Positions 1-10,500 of a stretch of DNA of 64,000 nucleotides are shown in pieces. Location of the stretch: positions 1-64,000 of the IMG/VR virus record IMGVR_UViG_3300005096_000137; one strand, 5' to 3'. The stretch is from a virus. The notes under the pieces are model-generated. The model did no database searches. It was not told the DNA's origin and saw nothing but the letters and a program-made list of their open reading frames with translations. Position 1 is the stretch's first letter, and each line of letters opens with the position of its first letter. A program made the position numbers and the translations under genes.

Positions 1-2
1 GT

Positions 3-938
3 GATGTCGACATTGCCACGGAACTTGAGAATGGTGACACACTTGATGGTGTCACACTCGCCACCGGTGACCGGGTGTTGCTTAAAGATCAAGTAGCCCC
101 CGCCACAGATGAAGTTCAAACTATCGAACAGTCTCCGTTGGGTTCCACCGGAGGCACATGGACTCTCGAACTCCATCTTAATGGACTCTCGCAAATTGAT
201 GTTTCGGGTCTCGCTTTTAATGCGTCAGTGGTGGCCCTCGAAGGCGCCATTGATACTGCCTGTAATGGTGTAGTGCCAGGGTGGACCAACGGGGACATTA
301 CTGTCTCGGGTACAAATGCCAATGCCTCTGGAGGTTTGACGCTAACATTTGATGGTACCAGTGTAGCTGGTGCCAACCATGGTGAGGTTACGGCAACAGG
401 TTTTGGAAGTGGTGGATCTATCTCAGGAGCGGGCTTCCCGTATACCTTTGTACCGACCACCGACGTTGAAGGTTCGACTGCAAATTCAATCGGAAACGGT
501 GTTTACATTGTTCAAGCCACCGGAGCTGCTGTTCGAGCTACCGACTGGGCAGCAGCCGCATCCGCCGCCAACTACGCCCTCTTCGTTGAAGAAGGTACCT
601 GCGGCGATCAGGCTTACACTGTTACGAATGATGTTCCAGATGATGTCATTGCAACTGACAGTCTTGTCTTCAGCCAGTTCGCTGGCTCTGGTCAAATTCC
701 ACCGGCTCACATCTATGGTGAAGCTCCAACGGTGACTAATGGTGTTGCATTTGTAACACTAGCAACTGTCCCAATGACAGGCGGAACTGAACGAGTGTAC
801 CTCAATGGTATTCTCCAAGTTGCAGGTGGTTCAAACGATTACACGCTTGTGGACACAACGGGTGTCATCACTTTCACGTTCAATCTGAAGAGCAACCCTG
901 GTCAACTTGACATCGTTGTAGTCGATTACGACAACTAA
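3..938 (+). CDS. Virion structural/fibre-type protein, 5'-truncated by window
   Basis: Frame open from base 3. DGVTLATGDRVLLKDQ...NGVY motif and C-terminal RVYLNGILQ..DYT module typical of phage fibre/decoration proteins; carries an inserted EVQ domain. Confidence 0.75.
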   Translation, partial: DVDIATELENGDTLDGVTLATGDRVLLKDQVAPATDEVQTIEQSPLGSTGGTWTLELHLNGLSQIDVSGLAFNASVVALEGAIDTACNGVVPGWTNGDITVSGTNANASGGLTLTFDGTSVAGANHGEVTATGFGSGGSISGAGFPYTFVPTTDVEGSTANSIGNGVYIVQATGAAVRATDWAAAASAANYALFVEEGTCGDQAYTVTNDVPDDVIATDSLVFSQFAGSGQIPPAHIYGEAPTVTNGVAFVTLATVPMTGGTERVYLNGILQVAGGSNDYTLVDTTGVITFTFNLKSNPGQLDIVVVDYDN

Positions 939-947
939 ACGACTTTT

Positions 948-978
948 GGATGAGGGTAGAAATACCCTCATCCCATTT
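948..978 (+). terminator. Hairpin/intrinsic terminator
   Basis: GGATGAGGGTA-gaaa-TACCCTCATCC 11-bp stem, short T tract. Confidence 0.6.
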
Positions 979-1000
979 AATACAATACAAAGGTGAACAC

Positions 1001-1576
1001 ATGCCACGAACCCAAATCACTGGCGAGCAGGTCCTCGACGGTGACATTCAACGGGTAGACATGGACATTATTACCCCAGGGCAAGCGATGATCAGGAAGG
1101 TCATCGCGGGCGCAGGGATGGTCATCCTGAACTCTACGGGAGTTGACGAAGGCACAGGTGACGTGACTTTGGGTGCAGTTGTGAACCCCACCATTTCCTC
1201 ATCCGTTCAGGCATTGTCCACCAAGGGTGTCCCAGGTGGTGGGTTCCTGATGCTATCCCATAGTGGTGTGATACCCTACAGCAAAGTCCCTTTGGTGGTG
1301 TTTTCCCCCATCATTTTAGATAGTATCTCCATCTCCGTAGGCAGTCCAGACCTCACGAGGAGTTTTAACATCAATCTCTATAGTGATCCGGACACTGTAC
1401 CCCTATTTGATCAGACACTATTGGTGTTACCAGCAGGTCAGACTATAACTGAAGTGTCGAACTCAAATATACCAATTGCCCCAGGTAAGTATGGTATTGC
1501 ACTCGAACGTGTTGGTTCTTTGGGGTCCTCCACTTTCAAGGATGTCGTCGTGAACGCTATCATAAGGACAAACTAA
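1001..1576 (+). CDS. Virion protein, paralog array A (1/4)
   Basis: AAGGTG RBS then ATG 1001; C-terminal G.YG..L.R.....S.F motif shared with next three genes. Confidence 0.7.
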   Translation: MPRTQITGEQVLDGDIQRVDMDIITPGQAMIRKVIAGAGMVILNSTGVDEGTGDVTLGAVVNPTISSSVQALSTKGVPGGGFLMLSHSGVIPYSKVPLVVFSPIILDSISISVGSPDLTRSFNINLYSDPDTVPLFDQTLLVLPAGQTITEVSNSNIPIAPGKYGIALERVGSLGSSTFKDVVVNAIIRTN

Positions 1577-2244
1577 TGGCGACCATCCGTGGCACCTTAG
1601 AGAATATCACAAGCCCGCCTACCGACGTGTTTATCTTTGGACTAGGATGGAAGCTCCCAGCCGGTTATACAGAGTCGATCATCGCTGACGTCGCAGTGCT
1701 TCAAGACCTATACCAGGCTGAAGACGAACTCGAAGCCCTAATGGCTGCGTCTAAGATTGAAATCCGAAATTCAGCAGGGACCCTTGTTATTCCCGGAGGA
1801 GTCTATGCTTGGCTCAATGATTCCAGTTCCTCCGGAATCATTTCTCCAACACACATTGTCTCCTTCCACATTAGCAACTGCATCACATCTCAGGGAGAAC
1901 GCTGGTTCCAATGGGTTCCTAACATAACACACCTCGAAGTACCATGGCCTATCAATTCTCAATTCACAATCCTACGTGTTGCACTTGGTGTTGACAAAAT
2001 TGATTCCAGTAATACTTATGGTATTCATATGTATTCAAATACAGACCTGTTTACCCCTGTATTTGAGACTGGTGTGGTTCTACCACTAAACTCCAAGTCA
2101 TCTGGTAAGGATTTTCCCTTTGCTCCAACCCCTCAACAATTTCCTGGGGGTGACTACTTGTTCTCATGCTACCGTGTGAGTGGTTCAGGCAGATCAGACT
2201 TTGACAAGGTAATGCTGACCATATACTACCTGAGGCAAGAATAA
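1576..2244 (+). CDS. Virion protein, paralog array A (2/4)
   Basis: TAATG coupling; N-terminal GTLENI motif. Confidence 0.7.
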   Translation: MATIRGTLENITSPPTDVFIFGLGWKLPAGYTESIIADVAVLQDLYQAEDELEALMAASKIEIRNSAGTLVIPGGVYAWLNDSSSSGIISPTHIVSFHISNCITSQGERWFQWVPNITHLEVPWPINSQFTILRVALGVDKIDSSNTYGIHMYSNTDLFTPVFETGVVLPLNSKSSGKDFPFAPTPQQFPGGDYLFSCYRVSGSGRSDFDKVMLTIYYLRQE

Positions 2245-2963
2245 TGGCAATCTATGGTACGCTCAAGAATATCTCAGGGAGTCCCCTCCTACTCCCTGAA
2301 TGGTCAATTAAACTTGCCGACCAAGAAGTGGTTGACATTGATACTGACGCTTGGGACAACGCCACACTAGTCCGGTCTCAACCAACCTTAGAAGCATTGT
2401 TACTATCTGTTGATATTGAAATTACACAGAATGGTACAGCTATCACCCTGGGTGGGGTCAAAGATTGGTTGGATGTCAATATCCACACACCTCCTGGTAA
2501 TGGAGGTGGTTCGGGAAATGGTCTCATAAAGTACTCTTCGTACATTAAATTCAATGGATCCAAGCATCTCAAGTTCTTTGAGCATCCCCGCGAGTTAAGC
2601 CACACTGATATTGGGCTGTATATCCCCTACCCGGCCACCATGACCCTAAGTGACTTAATCCTTGATGAATACAGTTATGAGGATGATGACGATGACGATG
2701 ATGACGATGATGACGAGGGCTATGGAGGTGTCGGAGATACTAACCAGTATGAGTGGGCACTCTATACCACCCCAACAACCAACCCTGTAGTTGTTCAGGG
2801 TTCCGAAGTCTCTTTCAGCCCAGTAGACGGGCGAGTGATCGTCACTCAACACACATTGACATTACCTGTGGGCGAATATGGGGTTGGGTTGAAGAGGACT
2901 CAAAAGAACACAGGTCAACATTTCAAACATATGGTTGCTAACTTTTGGATTACAATGCCATGA
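2244..2963 (+). CDS. Virion protein, paralog array A (3/4), poly-Asp tract
   Basis: N-terminal GTLKNI; GAT/GAC run near 2680-2717. Confidence 0.7.
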   Translation: MAIYGTLKNISGSPLLLPEWSIKLADQEVVDIDTDAWDNATLVRSQPTLEALLLSVDIEITQNGTAITLGGVKDWLDVNIHTPPGNGGGSGNGLIKYSSYIKFNGSKHLKFFEHPRELSHTDIGLYIPYPATMTLSDLILDEYSYEDDDDDDDDDDDEGYGGVGDTNQYEWALYTTPTTNPVVVQGSEVSFSPVDGRVIVTQHTLTLPVGEYGVGLKRTQKNTGQHFKHMVANFWITMP

Positions 2964-3607
2964 GAGGCTCTTTAGAGAATATATCACTAGCACCCCTACT
3001 GGTCAGACCCTTGGGTATCATATTACCTGTAGGCGGGATCGAGTACATTGATGATTCCGCGACTATGGAGACATGGAGGGGTATTGTACCTAAGTTAAAG
3101 GTATTAGTTGGTGCAGGGAATTTAGATATCAAGGACCGAAATGGTGTGTCAATCACCTCCGGAGGTCTTCAAGAGTGGATTAACCTTGAGTGGGGTGTTG
3201 GAAATAGTTACCTATTGGAACTTACCTGTGGGCACATTGGTTCCAGCATCACTGAACCCTCTGTGTGGATGGATCACGAGGATGGGGGCAGTCACAAGAC
3301 CCTTGGATTCTTGGCCCCACAGAAACTCAAGGTGCGGACAGTACTCATTGTTGTCAATGCACCTGATGTCGCCAACCAGTGGTCCCTCAAGTTACACGCG
3401 GACCCCATGGGTTTATTCGGAGGACCTTACTACATAAACACCCCGGTGACGCTCGAACCCGGGTCCATGAGTGGTTCAGTTACGGACCTCTCGCTTATCC
3501 TCACTGCGGGTTACTACGGACTTACCCTGGACCGCACAACCGGCGAAGCCCCTTCAGCATTCACTGAAGCACGAGTCAAGATATTCGTCGAACCTCTCTA
3601 CTTCTAA
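2960..3607 (+). CDS. Virion protein, paralog array A (4/4)
   Basis: ATGA overlap; N-terminal GSLENI. Confidence 0.7.
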   Translation: MRGSLENISLAPLLVRPLGIILPVGGIEYIDDSATMETWRGIVPKLKVLVGAGNLDIKDRNGVSITSGGLQEWINLEWGVGNSYLLELTCGHIGSSITEPSVWMDHEDGGSHKTLGFLAPQKLKVRTVLIVVNAPDVANQWSLKLHADPMGLFGGPYYINTPVTLEPGSMSGSVTDLSLILTAGYYGLTLDRTTGEAPSAFTEARVKIFVEPLYF

Positions 3608-3626
3608 AACCCCTCCGGAGAAACAT

Positions 3627-3932
3627 ATGGCCACGAATACCCAAGACCAACTGGTCTATATGGTTGATGGTAAACTGCGCCCACTTGGGTACCAACAAAA
3701 CAACTTGCTGAACACTGTCCAAGGGTTAAGCCCACCTCCAAATTCAAGAGTCTGCATAATCCAGGCAGCCACTCAAAACATACGTTGGCGGGACGATGGG
3801 ATTGACCCAACCGCCAACTCAGGTATGATACTGGCTGCTGGTCGTGACATGCTTTATACTGGGGACCTTGCCAAAATCCGATTCATCGAAGAAGCTGCAT
3901 CATCGGAACTCAACATTGCTTTCTATGCGTAA
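3627..3932 (+). CDS. Small phage structural-module protein
   Basis: GGAG RBS, ATG 3627; PLGYQQ...IRWRDDG.DPT..G motif. Confidence 0.7.
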   Translation: MATNTQDQLVYMVDGKLRPLGYQQNNLLNTVQGLSPPPNSRVCIIQAATQNIRWRDDGIDPTANSGMILAAGRDMLYTGDLAKIRFIEEAASSELNIAFYA

Positions 3933-3942
3933 AGGCTAATCA

Positions 3943-4452
3943 ATGCCAAATCCAAATCAGAACTTGAACCGACGAATTCAAAACATCCTGTACTCCTTGA
4001 AAAGGCAGTATGGAGGTAGTTTTGACTTCTACCGGCGTGGATCAGGGGGTAGTACGGATTACAAGACTGGAAAGGTGACGGTTGACAAGGAGGTCTACAA
4101 TGTCAACTATGGGATAATCCTCCCCGCCAAGGTTATCACGGATGTCACGCAGTCACTGTCTGTGATCTCGGCCAACAAGGCATTTGTCTATGGTGGGACA
4201 TTTGACAGCAGCACACGTATGTTTATCGTTGATCGGAGAGATATCCCTGAATTGGATTTGAAAGACTTTGAGGTTAATCCTGAAGACTGGATTGTGTACA
4301 AGAATCGCAAGTACGAAATCAAAGCATTCCAAGAGTTTGAGTTTGATACTGCTTGGGTGTTTACCGCCAAAGCAGTACTGGGAGATGCCCCTGAACAAAT
4401 CTACAAACTGGCTGCGGACAACCTAATACGCCCTGAACAATCCGCCAACTAA
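3943..4452 (+). CDS. Putative head-closure / head-tail joining protein
   Basis: Position; D.IVY..RKYEIK beta-rich pattern. Confidence 0.55.
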   Translation: MPNPNQNLNRRIQNILYSLKRQYGGSFDFYRRGSGGSTDYKTGKVTVDKEVYNVNYGIILPAKVITDVTQSLSVISANKAFVYGGTFDSSTRMFIVDRRDIPELDLKDFEVNPEDWIVYKNRKYEIKAFQEFEFDTAWVFTAKAVLGDAPEQIYKLAADNLIRPEQSAN

Positions 4453-4610
4453 GATACAAAGAATCAACTAAGATACGAAATACGAGGCAGTGGACACCCA
4501 CTAGACTATCTCGTTAGTGTGTGGGGTACGGTTGCAGAAACATCCCCCGATGTACCTGCATTAGTGTTTGAAACAGGTGTAGCTATTAACGCCAACAATG
4601 GAGGTATATA

Positions 4611-5129
4611 ATGACTGCACCTAATCCAAACTGGAGCCGGTGGATTATTTCATCTATCGCGGAGTACTACAGTGTAAACGTCACGACCCCACTTGGTCTG
4701 CCCCTTCTCGTCGCTGGGATAGATGACCGGGACGCTGCTTTTGAGCAATCGCCCGACCGTGCGGAAGTGCGTGTCAATGGACCTTTTACTACTGAACAGA
4801 GTAAAGGCTATTGGTACATCCAAGTTGACATCAACATTCTAATCTCGTCGAACATGGGTGGGGAAGTCAAACATCGTTACACACTGGAAAATAACACTGG
4901 GAAGTTCCATGAATATGCAGACACCTGCATCCCCATATTCAGGTATGGTGATCCCACTCAGACTCCCGAGAATGATGGCACGCAGCTTGGCTATCTGTCG
5001 CCAAAGACGGGGAAGAATGACAGCGTACGAAGCCTCTACTTTGGGCAGATGAATTCGGTTGACCGAATTCGCCAGTCTCAAATTGATGCTAAGTATATCA
5101 TGTACGTATGTACCTCACTAAACAACTAA
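4611..5129 (+). CDS. Putative tail terminator/neck protein
   Basis: Size and position immediately before the major tail gene; GGAGG RBS. Confidence 0.5.
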   Translation: MTAPNPNWSRWIISSIAEYYSVNVTTPLGLPLLVAGIDDRDAAFEQSPDRAEVRVNGPFTTEQSKGYWYIQVDINILISSNMGGEVKHRYTLENNTGKFHEYADTCIPIFRYGDPTQTPENDGTQLGYLSPKTGKNDSVRSLYFGQMNSVDRIRQSQIDAKYIMYVCTSLNN

Positions 5130-5150
5130 CCCATTTTGGGAGATAGTACT

Positions 5151-6263
5151 ATCGCCAGGATCGAACTTCGGGACGCGACCATCACAATCAAAGATGGTCT
5201 TTCGGGGACAGGTCTCATCAATGAGGCCACCCCCGGCGCAACCGACACTGATGTTAACATTGACGCAGTCTCTGTTAACCGACCAAACACGTTGAAAGTA
5301 CCTGTAGGTGCCCGCTTCACAGTGGGCACTGCTGGGAACACAACGAAATACACCGTCACTGCCCGGGCACTTAGTGTCGGGATTGACGAAGTTCAAACAA
5401 TCACGGGGACGGGTGCAACGACGGGTGGTGTTGACATCACCTTAACCATTGCACCAAACCCTGCCTTACCCTCGGCAACACCTATTGTTGTTGGACCAAT
5501 CACAGTTACCTTTGATGCAGCATCAGCGGCAATCCAAACGGCAATTGATAATGCCGTAGGCGCATTACTCAACACGTATGTCGCGGGTGACATTACGGTA
5601 GCTGGTGGTGCCCTGAATACTTCACCTGTGACTCTTACCTATGATGGCAATAGTGTTACGAAAGCCAACCATAGTATACTTACTGTCGGAAGTGGTGGTT
5701 ATGATGGTACCGTTTCTGGTATTGACACCACTGAAGGTGAGTTTGCTGACCAAGTCATGAACATCACATTCTCGCCAGCTTGGGGAACCCCCACGCCAGT
5801 CGATGATGATGTCATCACCTTCCTACCCATCGAAGTCGAAGTGAAGATTGGTGATGGTAATCTAACCTACACCGAGAATGTCGAACTCGAATATGAGTTG
5901 GACCGGGGTGTCTTGGACTCCGTGAAGAAGGGTGATGAACAACCTCTCGAAGTCACAATTGACTTCATCTATGAGTTTGTCACCACGGGCACCGGCGAAG
6001 CTATCACACCTGTGGATGCCCTCAAGGGTATTCGGGGTGCGGCTGAATTCACCAGTTCGTCAACAGACGCTTGTGAACCTTTTGCTGTGGACCTTGAAAT
6101 TAACCATGATCCAGGAACCTGTGGTGGTTTGGTTGAAACCGAACTCACACTGTTCCCTGATTTCCGGTATGACTCACTTGAGTTTGACCTGGATGAAGCA
6201 GCTATTTCGACAACAGGACGTTGTAATGCAACTGAGCCAACCATCACGCGGGTTAGTCCCTAG
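5151..6263 (+). CDS. Major tail (tube) protein with inserted EVQ domain
   Basis: Position before chaperone and tape measure; followed by a terminator; GGAG RBS points to ATC 5151 (alternative TTG 5136). Confidence 0.7.
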   Translation: MARIELRDATITIKDGLSGTGLINEATPGATDTDVNIDAVSVNRPNTLKVPVGARFTVGTAGNTTKYTVTARALSVGIDEVQTITGTGATTGGVDITLTIAPNPALPSATPIVVGPITVTFDAASAAIQTAIDNAVGALLNTYVAGDITVAGGALNTSPVTLTYDGNSVTKANHSILTVGSGGYDGTVSGIDTTEGEFADQVMNITFSPAWGTPTPVDDDVITFLPIEVEVKIGDGNLTYTENVELEYELDRGVLDSVKKGDEQPLEVTIDFIYEFVTTGTGEAITPVDALKGIRGAAEFTSSSTDACEPFAVDLEINHDPGTCGGLVETELTLFPDFRYDSLEFDLDEAAISTTGRCNATEPTITRVSP

Positions 6264-6286
6264 TAAGTTTGACTCAACAGTTTTCA

Positions 6287-6319
6287 TGGTGGGTCGGAAG
6301 GATCTGACCCACCACTTTT
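6287..6319 (+). terminator. Intrinsic terminator
   Basis: TGGTGGGTCGG/CTGACCCACCA stem then CTTTT. Confidence 0.75.
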
Positions 6320-6341
6320 AACAACAATGGGAGATTATGTT

Positions 6342-6875
6342 ATGCCTATCAAAATTGCAGGCAAAGAGGTGACAAAAGTCACACACGAAGATGTTCTGGT
6401 ACTGCCCCGAGGCGAGGAGGCAATTGCTCTCCGTGCTAAAGCCATCCAGGACTTTGATGAGTTCAGTAAGATTTGCCCTGACCCGAAAGCGCCTGGGAAG
6501 CTTACAAAGAACGGATGGGCACTCGACGAGACTGACCCAACCTACAAGGGCAGTCTTGAAAAGCACAACGAACGGCGAATTGGCTGGATGGTTGTGCGGT
6601 CTCTTCAGGAGATTGATTGGGACAAAGTTGATGCAGAGAAGCCCAAGACCTGGGAACTCTGGAAAGACGACTTTCTGGATTCTGGTTTTACGACCATTGA
6701 ATGCAACCTGGTACTTGACCTGGTCATTTCGGTCAATGGTCTTAATGAGGCGAAACTCAAGGAGGCGCGCGAGTCTTTTATACGTGGTCAGGAAGCAGAA
6801 GCAAAGCGATTAGCTTCCCTGACTACCGAACAGGAGAATACGCCGTCTGGCAAGCATGTGAACGTCTCGGCATAA
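6342..6875 (+). CDS. Tail assembly chaperone (gpG-like)
   Basis: Between tail tube and tape measure; GGAG RBS; overlapping -1 frame. Confidence 0.7.
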   Translation: MPIKIAGKEVTKVTHEDVLVLPRGEEAIALRAKAIQDFDEFSKICPDPKAPGKLTKNGWALDETDPTYKGSLEKHNERRIGWMVVRSLQEIDWDKVDAEKPKTWELWKDDFLDSGFTTIECNLVLDLVISVNGLNEAKLKEARESFIRGQEAEAKRLASLTTEQENTPSGKHVNVSA

Positions 6876-7027
6876 CCCCGCCGGGTCTTTGGGCATCAGG
6901 TCGGGTCAACTGGGATGACCTGGGTGCCTTCCAACAAGCGAAGGTACTTGCTTACCATCAAATCGCTGAGTATGACGAACGTGAACTCCAGATAGCAATG
7001 GCTGGAGGGGTATCTAAGGGGAAGTAA
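6776..7027 (+). CDS. -1 frameshift extension of the chaperone (gpGT-like)
   Basis: -1 frame open 6749-7027 without an early start codon (YAVWQACERLGITPPG...), ends in TAATG coupled to the next gene. Confidence 0.65.
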   Translation, partial: FYTWSGSRSKAISFPDYRTGEYAVWQACERLGITPPGLWASGRVNWDDLGAFQQAKVLAYHQIAEYDERELQIAMAGGVSKGK

Positions 7028-7539
7028 TGAAATTCACAGCAACATTCAATCTTCCCACAGAGTCCCCTGCAAAATGGAAAAAGCAGGTTGCCCTCAAGAT
7101 GCAAGATGCTCTAGAGCGGGGCGTCATTGCCTGGTTAAATGCTGCCACTGCTCCAGTCCCAGTCTGGAGTGGTGCATCATTAGCCACCTTCAAACCACTT
7201 GCAAGCCGTGTGAACTTTGCAATCTCAATTACACCAACCCCACTCGGGACTCGGCGTGGACAAGGACCTGGAGCTGGATCTTCTAAGAGCACGGGTAAGC
7301 TTCTCATCAACAAGAAGGCGGGTACCTACTTCGCTGAGTACTCTACCAGTCTGAAACACTTAATCTTCAACGAATTTAATAACGCCAACACGGGTGGTGA
7401 TCCATCTGTATGGGGACGTCTCCGAACCCCAGGTCCCTATAATTTCCAGATAGCTGGGGCAGCAGCCTTCCAAGCAGCAATGAGCAGCGTCCGCTTACCT
7501 TTACCTAAATTGACTTCCAAGAAGAGGATAACCATCTAA
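7027..7539 (+). CDS. HK97 gp10-like neck/tail completion protein
   Basis: Basic protein with PV.SG motif (PVDTG-like). Confidence 0.5.
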   Translation: MKFTATFNLPTESPAKWKKQVALKMQDALERGVIAWLNAATAPVPVWSGASLATFKPLASRVNFAISITPTPLGTRRGQGPGAGSSKSTGKLLINKKAGTYFAEYSTSLKHLIFNEFNNANTGGDPSVWGRLRTPGPYNFQIAGAAAFQAAMSSVRLPLPKLTSKKRITI

Positions 7540-10500
7540 TGGCTGAGGAAGTAAAACAGATAATTGGTATAGATGTATCCGGAGCTATAGCTGCGGTTAC
7601 TGCGCTAGAAAAGAAGCTGGCTGGGTTTGGAACTAAGCTGTCTTTGCTGTCGAAGAAGATGAAGTCCTTCAACAATGCTGCTAACAAGGCATTCAAGTTT
7701 GGAAATGCCGGGAAGGATATCGATAAAGTCAAACGGTCTGTGGACGCACTGGGTCGCAGTGCATCCCAATTGAAGGCACTAAAAGGCTTTAAGGACATCT
7801 TCAAGGGTATAGCTCCAACAGGGGGAGGTCCCGCAGAATCTCTCAAGCAGATACCGGAGGTTACAGCTAAGGCAACGACAGCACTTGGTAAACTTAGCCA
7901 GGCGGCAAAGAGGTTTGGAACAACCAGTGCCTCCAGCTTTGGGAAAGCCACATCCACTGTACAGAGTATGGGCAAAGCGACCATTGCGGCCCTCAAGCCC
8001 ATGACGATTGGGTTCCAGACTCTTGGGCGCATTATTTCAACACAATTGATCATTCGAGGTATCTCCGCGATTGGGCAAGCGTTCTCGTCGGCCGTTGGTG
8101 GAGCCATCGAGTTCCAGCTCCAGATGTCTGAAATCCAGTCTATCTCACAGGGTGCGTTTAGTGGCTTTGAAAAAGCGGCAAGTGACGTCCGAGGGATATC
8201 AGATGCCTTTAATACACCGTTGGGTGAAGCCGGAGAAGGTCTGTACCAGATTATCTCGAACCAAATCAAAGGTGCAGCAAACCAGGTTGATGTCCTCAAG
8301 CAGTCGGCCATTCTTGCAAAGGTTGGTGTCGCGGAACTGGGCTCCACTGTGGAACTAGTCACTGGTACCATCAATGCGTTTCAATTGGCCCACTCGGATG
8401 CTGCCCGAGTCTCAGCCGTCTTCTTTGAGACGGTTCGACTTGGTAAGACTCGTATCTCTGAATTGAACCAAAGCTTTGGTCAAGTGGCTACGCTTGCCAG
8501 TGAAGCTGGGGTGAGGTTCGAGGAACTTGCGGGTGCCTTCGCCACAGTGACCGTGAATGGTATTAGTACAGCCCAAGCTCAGACACAGCTCAAGGGGGTT
8601 ATCAATGCACTCCTGAAGCCTACCAAAGAGATGACTGAGGCCTTGAACAAAGCTGGCTTTGCCAGTGGTCAGGCAGCTCTCAAGGGTATTGGATTTGCTG
8701 GGGTTATGAGGCTGTTGCAGGATGCAACTGGTGGAAGTGCTGCGAAACTGGCTAAGTTAATCCCACGTGTACGTGGTTTAGCCGCTGGTATGATCCTAGG
8801 ACGGAATGAAACAAAGCAACTGACCGAAGCCATTGCTGCCATGGATGCAGCGGCTAGTGACTTAGCTGCACAGAAGTTTGAATTACGTTTGGAGACCAAC
8901 GCAGAACAGGTACAGACCCTACTAAATAAACTCAAGAACACCATGGTTGTGGATGTTGGGCAAGCTATTCTCAAGGTTATTGCACAGTTCCTTGAGTGGA
9001 CCCAGGTGGGTGAGGGGTTAAACAATATCCTCAAAAGCCTGGCGGACGCCATGCCGATCATTGCAGTTGCTATTGGGAGTATTGGGATTGCCGCAGGACT
9101 TGCTCTGCTGACACTTGTCCCATTTGGGGCCATACTTGGAGGTATCGTAGCCCTGCTTGCGTCCCCGGCGATTGCGTTGGCTGCGGGTATTGCGGCCGTC
9201 GGGGCCGCAGGTGCAGTGGCGGTGATAGGTATGAATGTGGCGGAGAACCACGCGAAGGGAAGCTTTGGGCGGGTTGTCGCCGCTGCTGAAGCGGCTGCGG
9301 CCAAAGAAGTCGCAGCAGAACGTAAGCTCCGGGCACAAATAATTGGTATTCGTGAGAAACGCTCCCGGGAAACCCAGACGATTGTCGCTAAAGCGATTGC
9401 CGAAGAGCGGGCCGCAATATCTGAATTAACAGTGGCCTATGCAGTGGAAAACGATAAGCGCCTTAAAGATATCCAGACAACCATGAGTGGTATTGGTAAG
9501 CTCAATGCGGATTTGCTGGACAACTTGAAATCAGAACGGGAAGGTGCTACTGAAGCAGCCATCTCAGGTGAAAAGAAGGTTGGGACATTGCAAGCCCAAT
9601 TGGCTGATAATCAGTTCAACTTTGCTAATAAGCAGAAATCTGCAAGAACCCAAGCACTTAACGCAGAAAAGCGGGCTGCTGATTTGGGACAGCAAGCTGC
9701 TACTGCTTTGGCATCTGCTAGGACGGACGAACAGCGACAAGCAGCCAATGCTTTGGCACAACGAGCTGCGGGGTTCCAACAGCAAGCGGCTGCGGCTGCG
9801 GGTCAGACAAAGGACCTAGGACTCATTAACCGAATCCAACAGTCTGGTGTTCAATTGCAGCAACAGGCCATCAGTGCGACTCAACAGCAAGTTGCTCTTC
9901 AAAAGAAGATTGCGGCTGACATCGCAAAGGTAGAGAAGGTTGAACAAGCCAGGGTTGCAAAGCTACAAGCAGGGATACGTAAAGTTACTGAAATAGCAGA
10001 TAAGCTCAAGTTCGGAGAACCCGGCGACCGGAAGAAGTTGATCAAGGATTTACAGAAAGCCACAGCCGAAGTTCGGAAACTCTCGAAACCTGCCTCAGGT
10101 AGTAAGACTCTTGGTGAAACGCTGGCTCTGGAGAAGTTTATATCTGACTCGAAGAACTTTGAACAGTCCCAAAAGCAGAAGGGGATCAGTATCTCAGGGA
10201 CTATTAACGCATCTGATTTCGTGAAGATGGAAGAGGAATTTGTAAAAGCCCTCACGGCTGGGTACGACCGAGCTGTTGCTGCGTTCCAAGCCGCAGGGTT
10301 TACCATTGATGTCAAACTGGATGCTGAGAACTTAAAGCTCATCCAGGGTGGGGGTGCTGAGGCCATTGGAGCATTGGACAACTTGGCAGATGACGTCACC
10401 ACACAGGCTGAGGCAGGGCGGACACAACTCCAAGCGGCTGAGTTACAGAAGAGGAACAGCGAGGACTTCTCGGCAACTCTGAAGGGTTTGAAGGAGGGGC

